From assembly GCA_964453335.1 (NCBI GenBank), contig CAYVOK010000009.1, positions 15,099 through 79,098 of the forward strand: a DNA stretch of 64,000 nt, given 5' to 3'. Position 1 is the first letter of the stretch; every line of letters begins with the position of its first letter. The notes beneath the pieces are model-generated. The model made no database searches, was not told the DNA's origin, and saw only the letters and a program-made list of their open reading frames with translations. Shown in pieces: positions 47,492 through 56,644 of this stretch. This DNA comes from an uncultured Acidimicrobiaceae bacterium (lineage in GTDB: Bacteria > Actinomycetota > Acidimicrobiia > Acidimicrobiales > CAIXPF01). The position numbers and the translations under genes are program-made.

Positions 47492-49390
47492 GTGGCGGAC
47501 GCAGGGCGGATCGGGCGGTACCGGGCGGAGAAGGCACTCGGTGCCGGGAGCTTCGCGACCGTGTGGCTCGCCTACGACGAACTGCTCGAGACACGGGTCG
47601 CGATCAAGGTCCTCGCGGACAACTGGGCGCGCAACGCCGGCGTGCGACAGCGCTTCATCGACGAGGCCCGCATCCTGCGGCGCATCGACCACGAGCACAT
47701 CGTGCGGGTCCACGAGATCAACGAGCTCGAGGACGGCCGGCCCTACATCGTCATGTCGTGGGCGGACCGTGGGACGCTCTACGACCGGATCGCCGCACGG
47801 ACGTCCGACGACCCGTACCCGGTCGCCGAGGCGATCGCTCTCGGCGTGGAGATCTGCGAGGCGTTGGCCGTCGTGCACGACTTCGGGGTCGTGCACCGGG
47901 ACATCAAACCGTCGAACATCCTGTTCCGGTCGGTGCGCACCCACGAGCGCATCGCCGCGCAGCGGGCCGGCCGGGACCGCGGTGACGAGGCGGTGATGAT
48001 CGCCGACTTCGGTCTCGCGAAGGATCTCGCTGCGGCGAGCGGGTTCACCCTCGCCGCCGGCACCCCGGCGTACATGGCACCCGAGCAGGCGGAGGCGTCC
48101 TCGGTGATCGATCGTCGGGTCGACGTGTTCGCGGTGACGGCCGTCGTCTACGAGTTGCTGTGCGGTCGGCCGGCGTTCAACTCCGACACGCTGTCGGGGG
48201 TCCGGCGGGGTCGGGTGAACCAGGGTGCAGCGCCGCCGTCGACGTTGCGGGCCGGACTCGACGCCCGGTTCGACCGGCTGATCGCGCAGGGCCTCGCCCA
48301 TCGTCCCGACGACCGGTTTCCCTCGGTCATCGCGCTCGCGGCAGCGCTCACCGAGCTCGCCGGGCCGCCCGCTGCGCCTGCGGCAGCGCCGCCTCCACCG
48401 CCTGCGGCGCCGGCGACGGTGGTCGGTTCGGTCGGTCCGACCGGCGCGCCCGTCGAACCCGTCGGTGCCGCCGGGCGCGTGCTCGACCTCGTCTCCGCGG
48501 TACGCGGTCGGGTCGTCGCACCGGAGGGCATCGACGCGCTCGCCACGGCCGAGGAACGGTTGCGCCGCGACGTGCACGTGGTCCTCGTCGGCGACACCGG
48601 GGCCCGTGCGACGGGCGGTTCGGTGCTCGGCGACGTGCTCGCGCAGCGGCCCGGGGTCACCGTGGCCCGGGTCGCATCCCCCGACGACCCGGCCGTCGCC
48701 GAGGCAGACGTCGCCGTGCTGCTGCTCGGTGCCGACGCACCGGCCCCTGCGGAGGTGACGAGCCACCTCGGCGCCGTCCTCCGCCGGGCGGTCGCCGGTC
48801 CGGTCGCCGTCGAGGTGCTCGTCGTCCCCGCCGGTGACGGTGACGCCGCCGCGGTTGCCGCCGACCTCGCCGGTCGGCCGTCGATCGGCGTCGGTGCCGG
48901 TGTCCCTGCGGTCCTCGACGACGACGCGATGGTCCGCATCGGTGCGACCGCCGCCGAACTCGCCGCACTGCGCGCCCCGCTGCTCCGGGCGTCCGCCGGG
49001 CTCGCATGGCTCGAGGTCGCCGCTGCGGGTGCGGGATCACCGGCCGATCGGGCGGCGATCCTCGAAGAGGTCGATCTCCTGCGGGGTGAACTGCCGGCGA
49101 TGAGCGAGCTCACGCTGCTCCGGGAACTCGCCGGTGGTCGGGCGAACCTTCCCCCGCCGCTGCGCGACCAGGTCCGTCGGCTGCTGCTCTTCGCCGTGCC
49201 GTCGAACCGGCTGGGGCTCCCCGACGACGCCGATCCCGGGGCGTTGCGGGCTGCGGTGACCGCGCTCGGTACCGAGTGGCGGGTGCTCGAGAACACCGGC
49301 CGCGTCCCCTTCACCGCACGCAAGGCGATGTTGGTCGCACAGCAGTCCCTCGACCGGATGCACGCCGAACTCGTGCCCGACGCCGGATGA
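47492..49390 (+). CDS. Ser/Thr protein kinase with C-terminal degenerate P-loop (GTPase-like) region
   Basis: GTG 47492. 'LGAGSFATVW', 'VAIKVL', 'HRDIKPSNILF', 'DFGLAK' and 'GTPAYMAPE'. About 15 extra residues lie between the catalytic loop and DFG. After a poly-Pro/Ala linker comes 'VHVVLVGDTGARATGGSVLGDVL', which looks like a Walker-A strand lacking the GK[ST]. No TM helix. Confidence 0.85.
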   Translation: MADAGRIGRYRAEKALGAGSFATVWLAYDELLETRVAIKVLADNWARNAGVRQRFIDEARILRRIDHEHIVRVHEINELEDGRPYIVMSWADRGTLYDRIAARTSDDPYPVAEAIALGVEICEALAVVHDFGVVHRDIKPSNILFRSVRTHERIAAQRAGRDRGDEAVMIADFGLAKDLAAASGFTLAAGTPAYMAPEQAEASSVIDRRVDVFAVTAVVYELLCGRPAFNSDTLSGVRRGRVNQGAAPPSTLRAGLDARFDRLIAQGLAHRPDDRFPSVIALAAALTELAGPPAAPAAAPPPPPAAPATVVGSVGPTGAPVEPVGAAGRVLDLVSAVRGRVVAPEGIDALATAEERLRRDVHVVLVGDTGARATGGSVLGDVLAQRPGVTVARVASPDDPAVAEADVAVLLLGADAPAPAEVTSHLGAVLRRAVAGPVAVEVLVVPAGDGDAAAVAADLAGRPSIGVGAGVPAVLDDDAMVRIGATAAELAALRAPLLRASAGLAWLEVAAAGAGSPADRAAILEEVDLLRGELPAMSELTLLRELAGGRANLPPPLRDQVRRLLLFAVPSNRLGLPDDADPGALRAAVTALGTEWRVLENTGRVPFTARKAMLVAQQSLDRMHAELVPDAG

Positions 49391-50238
49391 GCACGGACCT
49401 CCCCGTCTACCGGGGCATGGACGCGGCAACCGTCGAGTCGCAGTACCAGCCGAGCATGCACGTGCCGTCGCTCGCACCCTTCGTCGAGGCGTACGCGCAG
49501 CAGGGGGCGGCAGCGCGCGCCGCGGTGCCGTGCGAGCGGGTCGCCTACGGCGACCATCCTGACGAGTGGCTGTGGTACGCCCCGGCCGGGCCGGTGGCGC
49601 CGCTGTTCGTCTTCGTCCACGGCGGCTACTGGCGCCGCCTGTCGGGTGACGACGGTTGCTTCCTGTTCCCCGCGGCCCGGGCTGCCGGCTTCGCGTGCGC
49701 GTCGGTCAACTACTCGCTGTGCCCGCACGAACCGCTCGACGTCCTCGTGTCCCAGGTGCGGCGTGCCGTGCGCTTCCTGCTCGGTGGCGGGCTCGGCGGG
49801 CACGACCCGAGCCGGGTGCACGTTGCCGGCCACTCCGCCGGTGGGCACCTCGCGGCGATGACGATGCTCGAGGTGCCGGACGTGGCGGGGTGGGTCTACG
49901 TGTCCGGGGTGTTCGACCTCGAACCGATCCCGTTCACGACGATCAACGACGACGTGCGCCTCGACGCCGCGACGGCGCGCCGACTGTCGCCGCTCGCCGC
50001 GCCGACGCCGGACCGCGGCCCCGTGCCGGTGGTGGTCACCTGGGGTGCCCTCGAGACGGCGGAGTTCGCCAGGCAGTCGAGAAGCTGGGCGCGTCAGTGG
50101 ACGTCGGTGCCCTCGCACCGCCCCCCGACGGTCGTGGCTGCGGCCGGACGCAACCACTTCGACGTGCTGTTCGACCTGCTCGATCCTGCGACGGCACTCG
50201 GCGCGACAGTCGTCGCCCAGGTCGGTTCATCGGTCTGA
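49387..50238 (+). CDS. alpha/beta hydrolase (arylformamidase/esterase-like)
   Basis: ATG 49387 overlaps the kinase stop (ATGA). Oxyanion 'VFVHGGYW' and nucleophile elbow 'GHSAGGH'. Confidence 0.8.
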   Translation: MSTDLPVYRGMDAATVESQYQPSMHVPSLAPFVEAYAQQGAAARAAVPCERVAYGDHPDEWLWYAPAGPVAPLFVFVHGGYWRRLSGDDGCFLFPAARAAGFACASVNYSLCPHEPLDVLVSQVRRAVRFLLGGGLGGHDPSRVHVAGHSAGGHLAAMTMLEVPDVAGWVYVSGVFDLEPIPFTTINDDVRLDAATARRLSPLAAPTPDRGPVPVVVTWGALETAEFARQSRSWARQWTSVPSHRPPTVVAAAGRNHFDVLFDLLDPATALGATVVAQVGSSV

Positions 50239-50245
50239 TCGGCGG

Positions 50246-51454
50246 TCAGCCGAGTACCAGCGGCACCCGGCGTGGCCCGCGCACCTGTCCGGCGGCGTAA
50301 CTCACGCTCGCGCCCTCCGCGAGCCGGAACTCGGGGAAGCGCTCCAACCATCGGGCGAGCGCGATGTTGATCTCGAGGCGTGCAAGGTTCGAGCCGATGC
50401 AGCGGTGCACGCCGAGGCCGAAGGTCGCATGGCGGTTCTCCGCCCGGTCGATGAGGACCTCGTCCGCACGCTCGAACGCGGCGGGGTCACGGTTCGCGGC
50501 GGGGAACGCCATGAGCACCCATTCGCCGGCGCGCACCGGGCACCCGGCCACCTCGGTGTCGATCTCGGCGACGCGTGCCATCGACACGGGCGCGTAGGCC
50601 CGCAGGAACTCCTCGGTCGCGGTCGGTACGAGCCCGGGTTCGGCGACGAGTCGCCGCCGGTCGTCGGGATTACGGCCGAGGTGCTCGAGTGCGAACCCGA
50701 TCGCCGACCAGGTCGTGTCGATACCGGCGATGAGCACGAGGAACAGCGTGTTCACGATCGCGGTGTCGTCGAACCGATCGTCGTTGCCGGCGACGTCGAG
50801 GAGGAACTCGACGATGTTGCGTCCCGGGTCGACGGTCGTCCCTGGGCGGTCCGCCCGTGCCGAGCGGGTTCGTTCGAGGAGGTCGGCGAGGTAGTCCGTC
50901 ATCGCGCGCGTCGTCCGTCGAAGGAGGTCGACGTCGCCGGGTCCGACCTCGATGAGGTCGTGGATCCAGTGCCGGAACCGGTCGCCCTCTGCCGCGTCGA
51001 CGCCGAGCATGATCGCCGTTATCTCGCTCGGCACCGCCTGCGCGTAGTCCGAGGCACCGTCACAGGTGTTGCGACCGGCGAGCGCGTCGAGCCGTCGGGT
51101 GCAGATCGCCTCGATCTCGGGCGCCCACCTGGCGGTGTTGTGCGGGTTGAAGAACGGGAGCATCGCCCGGCGCAGTTCGGTGTGGATCGGCGGGTCGAAG
51201 TTGAGCGGTGGCAACGGCAGACCGGGGTGCGACGTCGGGACGGCGTTGACGATCGTCCTCCGGCTCGAGAACCGGGCAGGGTCGTGGACCACCTCGTCGA
51301 TGTCCGCCCAGCGGGTCAGCACGTGCACGCCCCCGTACTGGTCGGTGTGGGCGACCGGGCAGTGGCCGCGCAGGGATTCGTACACGGCGTAGGGGTCCTC
51401 GACGAAGGTCGGGTCGAGGTGGTCGAAGTCCCTCGCCCAGTCGCGTGCGGTCAT
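50246..51454 (-). CDS. cytochrome P450
   Basis: Heme loop 'FGLGVHRCIGSNLA', I-helix 'AGIDTT' and 'EEFLR' (ExxR). Confidence 0.95.
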   Translation of the reverse strand: MTARDWARDFDHLDPTFVEDPYAVYESLRGHCPVAHTDQYGGVHVLTRWADIDEVVHDPARFSSRRTIVNAVPTSHPGLPLPPLNFDPPIHTELRRAMLPFFNPHNTARWAPEIEAICTRRLDALAGRNTCDGASDYAQAVPSEITAIMLGVDAAEGDRFRHWIHDLIEVGPGDVDLLRRTTRAMTDYLADLLERTRSARADRPGTTVDPGRNIVEFLLDVAGNDDRFDDTAIVNTLFLVLIAGIDTTWSAIGFALEHLGRNPDDRRRLVAEPGLVPTATEEFLRAYAPVSMARVAEIDTEVAGCPVRAGEWVLMAFPAANRDPAAFERADEVLIDRAENRHATFGLGVHRCIGSNLARLEINIALARWLERFPEFRLAEGASVSYAAGQVRGPRRVPLVLG

Positions 51455-52422
51455 GTGGCTCCTCCTGTGACGGGACGGGTGGCGGCGAGCCGGTCGAGCG
51501 TCGCCGTGAACTCGGCGACCGTCCGGCGGATGATCTCGGCGGCGGGCAGGATCTCGTCGATCCGACCGGCGACCTGACCGAGTTGGGGGAGCGACGCCTC
51601 GAGGTTCCCGTGCTCGTAGAGCTCGGCGATGTCGGCGAGCAGGCTCATGGCGTTGCCGCCCTCGTCGAACTCGAACCGCGACGTCGTGGTGGTGCGCAGG
51701 GCCCGTACCGGTCGTCCGGCGTGCCGGTTGGCGAGGAAGGTGTCGGTCTCCGCGGCGTCGACGACCGCCTGCTTCATGTTCTGGTGCACACCGGACTCGG
51801 TCGCAGCGACCATGCGCGTGCCCATCTGCACGCCTTCCGCCCCGAGCGCGAACGCCGCGGCCATCGAGATGCCGTCCGCGATGCCGCCCGCTGCGATCAC
51901 CGGGACGTCTACCGCACCGGCGACGAGGGGGAGGAGCACGAGCGAGGTGACGTCCTGCATCGACTTGAACCCTGCGCCTTCGCTGCCCTCGACGACGAGG
52001 CCGTCGACCCCGGCGTCGACGGCCTTGCGGGCTGCGGCGAGCGACGGCACGACGTGGAAGACGGTGAGGCCGGCGTCCTTGAGGCGGGCGGTGAACGTGC
52101 CGGGCGAGCCGGCGGACGTGGTGACGAACCGGATGCCCTCCGCCGCGATCATGTCGACGATGGCGGCGTCCTGCAGGAACGCGATGGGCAGGTTCACGCC
52201 GAAGGAGGCGTCGGTGCGATCGCGGGTGCGGCGGATGTCGTCGCGGACCCGGTCGAGGCCGAGGGAGCCGGGTACCAGGCCGATCGCCCCGGTGTCGGCG
52301 ACCGCGGCGACGAGCTCGGGGCCGGCGATGAACCCCATCGGTGCCTGCACGATCGGGATCCGGGCGCCGAGCATGCGGGTGACCCGGTTGTCGAACGCGG
52401 GGATCGGTGTGCCCTCCTGCAC
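51451..52422 (-). CDS. nitronate monooxygenase (NMO/2-nitropropane dioxygenase family)
   Basis: 'PIVQAPMGFIAGPELVAAV', 'VVEGSEGAG' and 'VIAAGGIADG'. Stop overlaps the P450 start (ATGA). Confidence 0.9.
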   Translation of the reverse strand: MQEGTPIPAFDNRVTRMLGARIPIVQAPMGFIAGPELVAAVADTGAIGLVPGSLGLDRVRDDIRRTRDRTDASFGVNLPIAFLQDAAIVDMIAAEGIRFVTTSAGSPGTFTARLKDAGLTVFHVVPSLAAARKAVDAGVDGLVVEGSEGAGFKSMQDVTSLVLLPLVAGAVDVPVIAAGGIADGISMAAAFALGAEGVQMGTRMVAATESGVHQNMKQAVVDAAETDTFLANRHAGRPVRALRTTTTSRFEFDEGGNAMSLLADIAELYEHGNLEASLPQLGQVAGRIDEILPAAEIIRRTVAEFTATLDRLAATRPVTGGAT

Positions 52423-52425
52423 CGC

Positions 52426-52809
52426 TCAGCCCTCCACGACCGTCCAGGCGGACAGGTCGTAGTCGTCGGGAAGGGGCAGGAACAGGTTGCGACGTGGTCC
52501 TTCGACGTCGCGGGAGATGTGACCGCGACCGGTGGTGTCGTCCGCGAGGAGGATGTCACCGGGGCCGAGGCGGCGGACCTCGCCGTGGCCGGTCTCGAGC
52601 TCGACGGCGCCGAAGAGGTTGACGACGAACTGGCGGCGCGGCGCGGGATGGAAGTCGAGGTCCTGGCCCGGGTGGTTCAACCTGTACGCCATCCCGGTGA
52701 CGGGCAGCCAGTCGGTGAGGAACCCGTAGGGGCGCTCGGTCATCGGGGCCTCGAGCGTCTGGAAGTGCGACTCGCCGTCGTCCCCTGTGTAGATCCTCGT
52801 CACGCGCAT
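52426..52809 (-). CDS. small cupin-fold protein
   Basis: 127 aa: 'HPAPRRQFVVNLFGAVELE.G.GEVRRLGPGDILLADD'. Beta-barrel pattern. Confidence 0.6.
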   Translation of the reverse strand: MRVTRIYTGDDGESHFQTLEAPMTERPYGFLTDWLPVTGMAYRLNHPGQDLDFHPAPRRQFVVNLFGAVELETGHGEVRRLGPGDILLADDTTGRGHISRDVEGPRRNLFLPLPDDYDLSAWTVVEG

Positions 52810-52826
52810 GGCGCCGAGGCTACGCC

Positions 52827-53801
52827 TCAGCCGCGGCGGCGGTACGGACGGATGCCGTCCTCGGGGACGACGCCGAGCCGACCCTGCTGGAAATCCTCGA
52901 AGGCCCGGATGAGTTCGTCCCGCGTGTTCATCACGAAGGGGCCGTACGCCGCGACCGGCTCGCGCAGCGGACGACCGCCGAGGAGCAGCACGTCGAGGGC
53001 ACTGCGGTCGCCGGCGGCGACGACGAGGTGGTCACCGTCGGCGAGCACGGCCAGTTGGCCGGTGCGGATCGGCCGGTCCTCCTCGCCGACGCTGCCGTGC
53101 CCCTCGAGCGCGTAGACGAGCGCGTTCGACGCCCGGTCCCAGGGGAGGCTGAGACGTGCACCGGGTGCGAGGGTCGCATGCGCGAGTGTGATCGGCGTGT
53201 GGGTGCGACCCGGTCCGTGGTGACCGTCGAGCTCGCCGGCGATGAGCCGGATCAGCGTGCCGCCGTCGGCGGAGCTGAGCAGGGTGATCCGGTCGGCTTC
53301 GAGGTTCTGGTAGGCGGGCTCGATCATCTTCGAGGCGGCGGGGAGGTTCACCCAGAGCTGGAACCCGTGGAACAGCCCGCCGCGTACGACGAGGTCCTCG
53401 GGCGGTGTCTCGATGTGGAGCACGCCCCGCCCCGCGGTCATCCACTGGGTCGCGCCCTCGCCGATGGTCCCGCCGCCACCGTGGGAGTCCTGGTGCACGA
53501 ACGCGCCGTCGAGCAGGTACGTCACGGTCTCGAACCCGCGGTGCGGGTGCCAGTCGGTGCCGCGCGGTTCGAACGGGCCGTAGTCGACGGCACCCATCTG
53601 GTCGAGGTGCAGGAAGGGGTCGAGGTCTGCGACGGGGACACCGGCGAACGCCCGCCGGACCGGGAACCCCTCGCCCTCGAACCCCTCCGGCGCCGTCGTG
53701 AGCGAGCGGACCCGCCGTGCCCGGGGCGCGGTCCCGTCGGCCGTCGGCTCGGGGAGTCGCAGGCGGGGCAGGGTCAGGGTGTCGGCAGTGACGGCGGGCA
53801 C
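52827..53801 (-). CDS. pirin-family protein
   Basis: 'GFPVRRAF', 'DWHPHRGFETVTYLLDG...HQDSHG' and 'QWMTAGRGVLHIE'. GTG start follows GAGGAG. Confidence 0.92.
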   Translation of the reverse strand: MPAVTADTLTLPRLRLPEPTADGTAPRARRVRSLTTAPEGFEGEGFPVRRAFAGVPVADLDPFLHLDQMGAVDYGPFEPRGTDWHPHRGFETVTYLLDGAFVHQDSHGGGGTIGEGATQWMTAGRGVLHIETPPEDLVVRGGLFHGFQLWVNLPAASKMIEPAYQNLEADRITLLSSADGGTLIRLIAGELDGHHGPGRTHTPITLAHATLAPGARLSLPWDRASNALVYALEGHGSVGEEDRPIRTGQLAVLADGDHLVVAAGDRSALDVLLLGGRPLREPVAAYGPFVMNTRDELIRAFEDFQQGRLGVVPEDGIRPYRRRG

Positions 53802-53875
53802 GGGATCTCCTCGGTGTGGACGGTGGTGCCAACCGGCGTGACCGGACCGCCATTCCCGGCGGTGCGCCCCGCCGC

Positions 53876-54925
53876 TCAGGTCGGAGGGTACCGATCGGGC
53901 ACGGCACCACCGAGGTGGAACACGTCGTGCAGGTCGTCGGCGACCTGGCGCAGCACGGCAGCGAGCTCGAGATCGTCGAGGAGGTGGGCGGGCAGGGCCT
54001 GCTCACCGTGCAGGGCGCCGAGGAGGTTGCCGGTGACGCTGCCCGTGGAGTCGGTGTCGCCGTCGTGGTTCACCGCGAGCAGCAGGGCGTCGAGGAGGGC
54101 GTCGGGACCGGGGAAGGCGAGCGCCGCGTACACGCCGATCGCCAGCGTCTCCTCGGCGACCCAGCCCTCGCCGAGCGTGGCGAGGCGCGCAGCGTCCGCC
54201 GGGCCGTCGGCGGCGAGCGCCCGTGCTGCCCGGAGGGCACCGAGTGTCTCGTCGTGCCCCGGCCGGGTCTGCACCAGCGCGTCGGCGGTGTCGAGGGCCT
54301 GCTCGAGCGACCTCCCAGCGAGCAGTTCGGCGACGAGCACGGCGTGCACCCCGGCGGCGAGGTAGCCGCTCGGGTGCCCGTGCGTCAGGGCGGCGGTGCG
54401 CACGCCGAGGTCGAACGCTGCGGCGCCCGTGGCTGCGATACCGGCGGGAGCCGCCCGCATGATCCCCCCGCACCCCTTCGACGCGTTCGGTGGCCGGTCG
54501 ACGGTGCCGACGACCCCGGACGCGAGGGCGGTCAGACACGTGGTGCCCGGTCCGCGCAGCGCGTGCAGATCGGCGACGCCGAACATCCAGCCGTCGCGCA
54601 CCTCGCCCGCTGCGGTGGGTGGGGTGTAGCCCTGGGTCGCGAACCAGCGCCAGTACGCCCGCTGCACGTGTGCGTCGGTGTCGGCCGCCGGGCCCGCGGC
54701 CCGGGCCCGCAGCAGTCCCTCGGCCGTGAACAACGTCATCTGGGTGTCGTCGGTGACGGCCCCGCCCTCGCGGCCGTAGGCCGGGGCGTAGCCCGTGACC
54801 CCGGCGGGGCCGAACCGGGTGCGGATCGTCGTGAGCGAGTCGAACTCGACGGGGGCGCCGAGTGCGTCGCCGATCGCCCCGGCGAGGAGGCAACCACGGA
54901 TGCGGTCGGTGAGAGCGGTGGACAC
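53876..54925 (-). CDS. ADP-ribosylglycohydrolase-family protein
   Basis: 'GCLLGGAIGDALGAPVEF', 'TDDTQMTLF' and 'GDTDSTGSVTGNLLGA' (binuclear-metal Asp/Thr motifs). Confidence 0.9.
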   Translation of the reverse strand: MSTALTDRIRGCLLAGAIGDALGAPVEFDSLTTIRTRFGPAGVTGYAPAYGREGGAVTDDTQMTLFTAEGLLRARAAGPAADTDAHVQRAYWRWFATQGYTPPTAAGEVRDGWMFGVADLHALRGPGTTCLTALASGVVGTVDRPPNASKGCGGIMRAAPAGIAATGAAAFDLGVRTAALTHGHPSGYLAAGVHAVLVAELLAGRSLEQALDTADALVQTRPGHDETLGALRAARALAADGPADAARLATLGEGWVAEETLAIGVYAALAFPGPDALLDALLLAVNHDGDTDSTGSVTGNLLGALHGEQALPAHLLDDLELAAVLRQVADDLHDVFHLGGAVPDRYPPT

Positions 54926-54967
54926 GAGGGCGACCGTACCGGGCGGGTGTGACGTCGTGCCGGGCGG

Positions 54968-56197
54968 ATGCCGGTAGGGTCCGGGGCCGTGCCGTCGGCG
55001 ATGTTCCGGTCGTTCTCGTCGAGGAACTTCCGCCTGTTCTTCGTCGGCCAGTCGATCTCCCAGACCGGGAACTGGCTGACGATGATCGCCCAGACGCTCC
55101 TCGTCCTCGGCCGCACCGACGACAACGGTGTGGCGGTCGGTGTGCTCACGGCCTGCCAGTTCCTGCCGGTGCTGCTGCTCGGGGCGTGGGCCGGCCTCGT
55201 CGCCGACCGGAGCGACAAACGGCGCCTGCTGCTCCTCGTGCAGTCGGCCGCGATGGCGAAGTCGCTCGTGCTCGCGCTGGCGGTCTTCGCCGGTGGGCCT
55301 CCGCTGTGGGTCGTGTACGCCATCGCGCTCGTCGGCGGTCTCACCACGGCGTTCGACACCCCGTGCCGCCGGGCGTTCATCGCCGAGATGGTGCCGCCCG
55401 AGGCGGTCGCGAACGCGGCGAGCCTCAACTCGGCGCTCATGACCGGGTCACGGGTGGTCGGTCCGGCGCTCGCCGGGGTGTCGGTGGCGACGATCGGGTT
55501 CGGGTGGACGTTCCTCCTCGACGGGCTCAGCTACGTCGCCGTCCTCGGTGGTCTGCTCGCGATGCGCACCGCCGACCTGCGTCCCGCCGAGCGTGCCGCC
55601 CTCGAGCGCGGTGGCGTGCGCGCCGGGTTGCGCCACGCCCGTGCGGTGCCCGAGCTGTGGATCCCGCTCGTGATGCTCACGATCATGGGGATCTTCGCGT
55701 TCAACTTCGCGGTCGTCGTGCCGCTGCTCGCGAAGACCACGTTCGGCGGCTCGGACCAGCTCTTCACCGTGATGTTCTCGATGCTGAGCGTGGGCTCGTT
55801 CATGGGCGCGCTGTGGGCGGCACGGCGGACGACGGCGACGGTCACCGGTGTGGTGCGGGGCTCGGTGGCATTCGGTGCGGGCATGGCTGCTGTCGCCGTG
55901 TCACCGTCGCTGTGGGTGGCGTTCCCGGCGGTGGTCGTCGCCGGGTTCGCGAGCATGCAGATCATGACGTCCGCGACCGCGCTCATCCAGACCCGCGCCG
56001 CGGCGGACTTCCGTGGGCGGGTGCTCGCGCTGCAGGCGATGGTGTTCCTCGGCTCCACGCCGATCGGGGGCCCGATCGTGGGTGCGGTCTGCGACGTGTT
56101 CGGCGCCCGGGCCGGGTTTGCGGTCGGTGCGGCGGCCTGTCTCACGGCGGCGCTGTGGGGACGGTCGCGCGCCCGGCGGGCCGTCGTCGCGGTCTAA
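54968..56197 (+). CDS. MFS transporter (EntS/DUF894-like)
   Basis: 'FRLFFVGQSISQTGNW', 'AGLVADRSDKRRLL' and 12 TM segments. An alternative start is ATG 55001. Confidence 0.85.
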   Translation: MPVGSGAVPSAMFRSFSSRNFRLFFVGQSISQTGNWLTMIAQTLLVLGRTDDNGVAVGVLTACQFLPVLLLGAWAGLVADRSDKRRLLLLVQSAAMAKSLVLALAVFAGGPPLWVVYAIALVGGLTTAFDTPCRRAFIAEMVPPEAVANAASLNSALMTGSRVVGPALAGVSVATIGFGWTFLLDGLSYVAVLGGLLAMRTADLRPAERAALERGGVRAGLRHARAVPELWIPLVMLTIMGIFAFNFAVVVPLLAKTTFGGSDQLFTVMFSMLSVGSFMGALWAARRTTATVTGVVRGSVAFGAGMAAVAVSPSLWVAFPAVVVAGFASMQIMTSATALIQTRAAADFRGRVLALQAMVFLGSTPIGGPIVGAVCDVFGARAGFAVGAAACLTAALWGRSRARRAVVAV

Positions 56198-56207
56198 CGT
56201 CCGCGCC

Positions 56208-56636
56208 ATGACCGACCGTGTCCCCGTCGCGATGGTGTTCCCGAACCTGCGGGTCGCCGACGTGGGCCGTGCGCGGGCGTTCTTCGCGCAGCTCGGGTTC
56301 GGGTTCGACGAACGGTTCAGCGACGAGGCGACGGCCTGCCTCGTGCTGAACGACACGACGTCGGTGATGCTGCTGTCCCCCGAACGGTTCGCCTCGTTCC
56401 TCCCCGGCGGGCGCACGGCCGCCGACCACCGCTCGGCGTCGGAGGTCTACCTCGGTCTGCTGCTCACCGACCGCGACGCCGTGGTGGCGATGGTCGAGGC
56501 CGCGCTCGCCGCCGGCGGCGCACCCGCCCGACCGCCCGAGGACCTCGGGTTCATGTACGGGTGGAGCTTCTGCGATCCGGACGGCCACGTGTGGGAGCCC
56601 TTCACGATGGACCCGTCCGCGGTGCCGCCGGCCTGA
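56208..56636 (+). CDS. VOC/glyoxalase-family protein
   Basis: ATG 56208 lies inside the longer track ORF. 142 aa: 'FYAQLGFGFDERFSD...GWSFCDPDGHVWE'. Confidence 0.75.
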   Translation: MTDRVPVAMVFPNLRVADVGRARAFFAQLGFGFDERFSDEATACLVLNDTTSVMLLSPERFASFLPGGRTAADHRSASEVYLGLLLTDRDAVVAMVEAALAAGGAPARPPEDLGFMYGWSFCDPDGHVWEPFTMDPSAVPPA

Positions 56637-56644
56637 GATCGCCC

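Noticed and set aside
53876-54925. ADP-ribosylglycohydrolase as the antitoxin/immunity half of a DarTG-like or ART toxin system.
   Set aside because: No adjacent small toxin, ART-fold or macrodomain gene is present. The flanking genes are a pirin operon and an MFS transporter.
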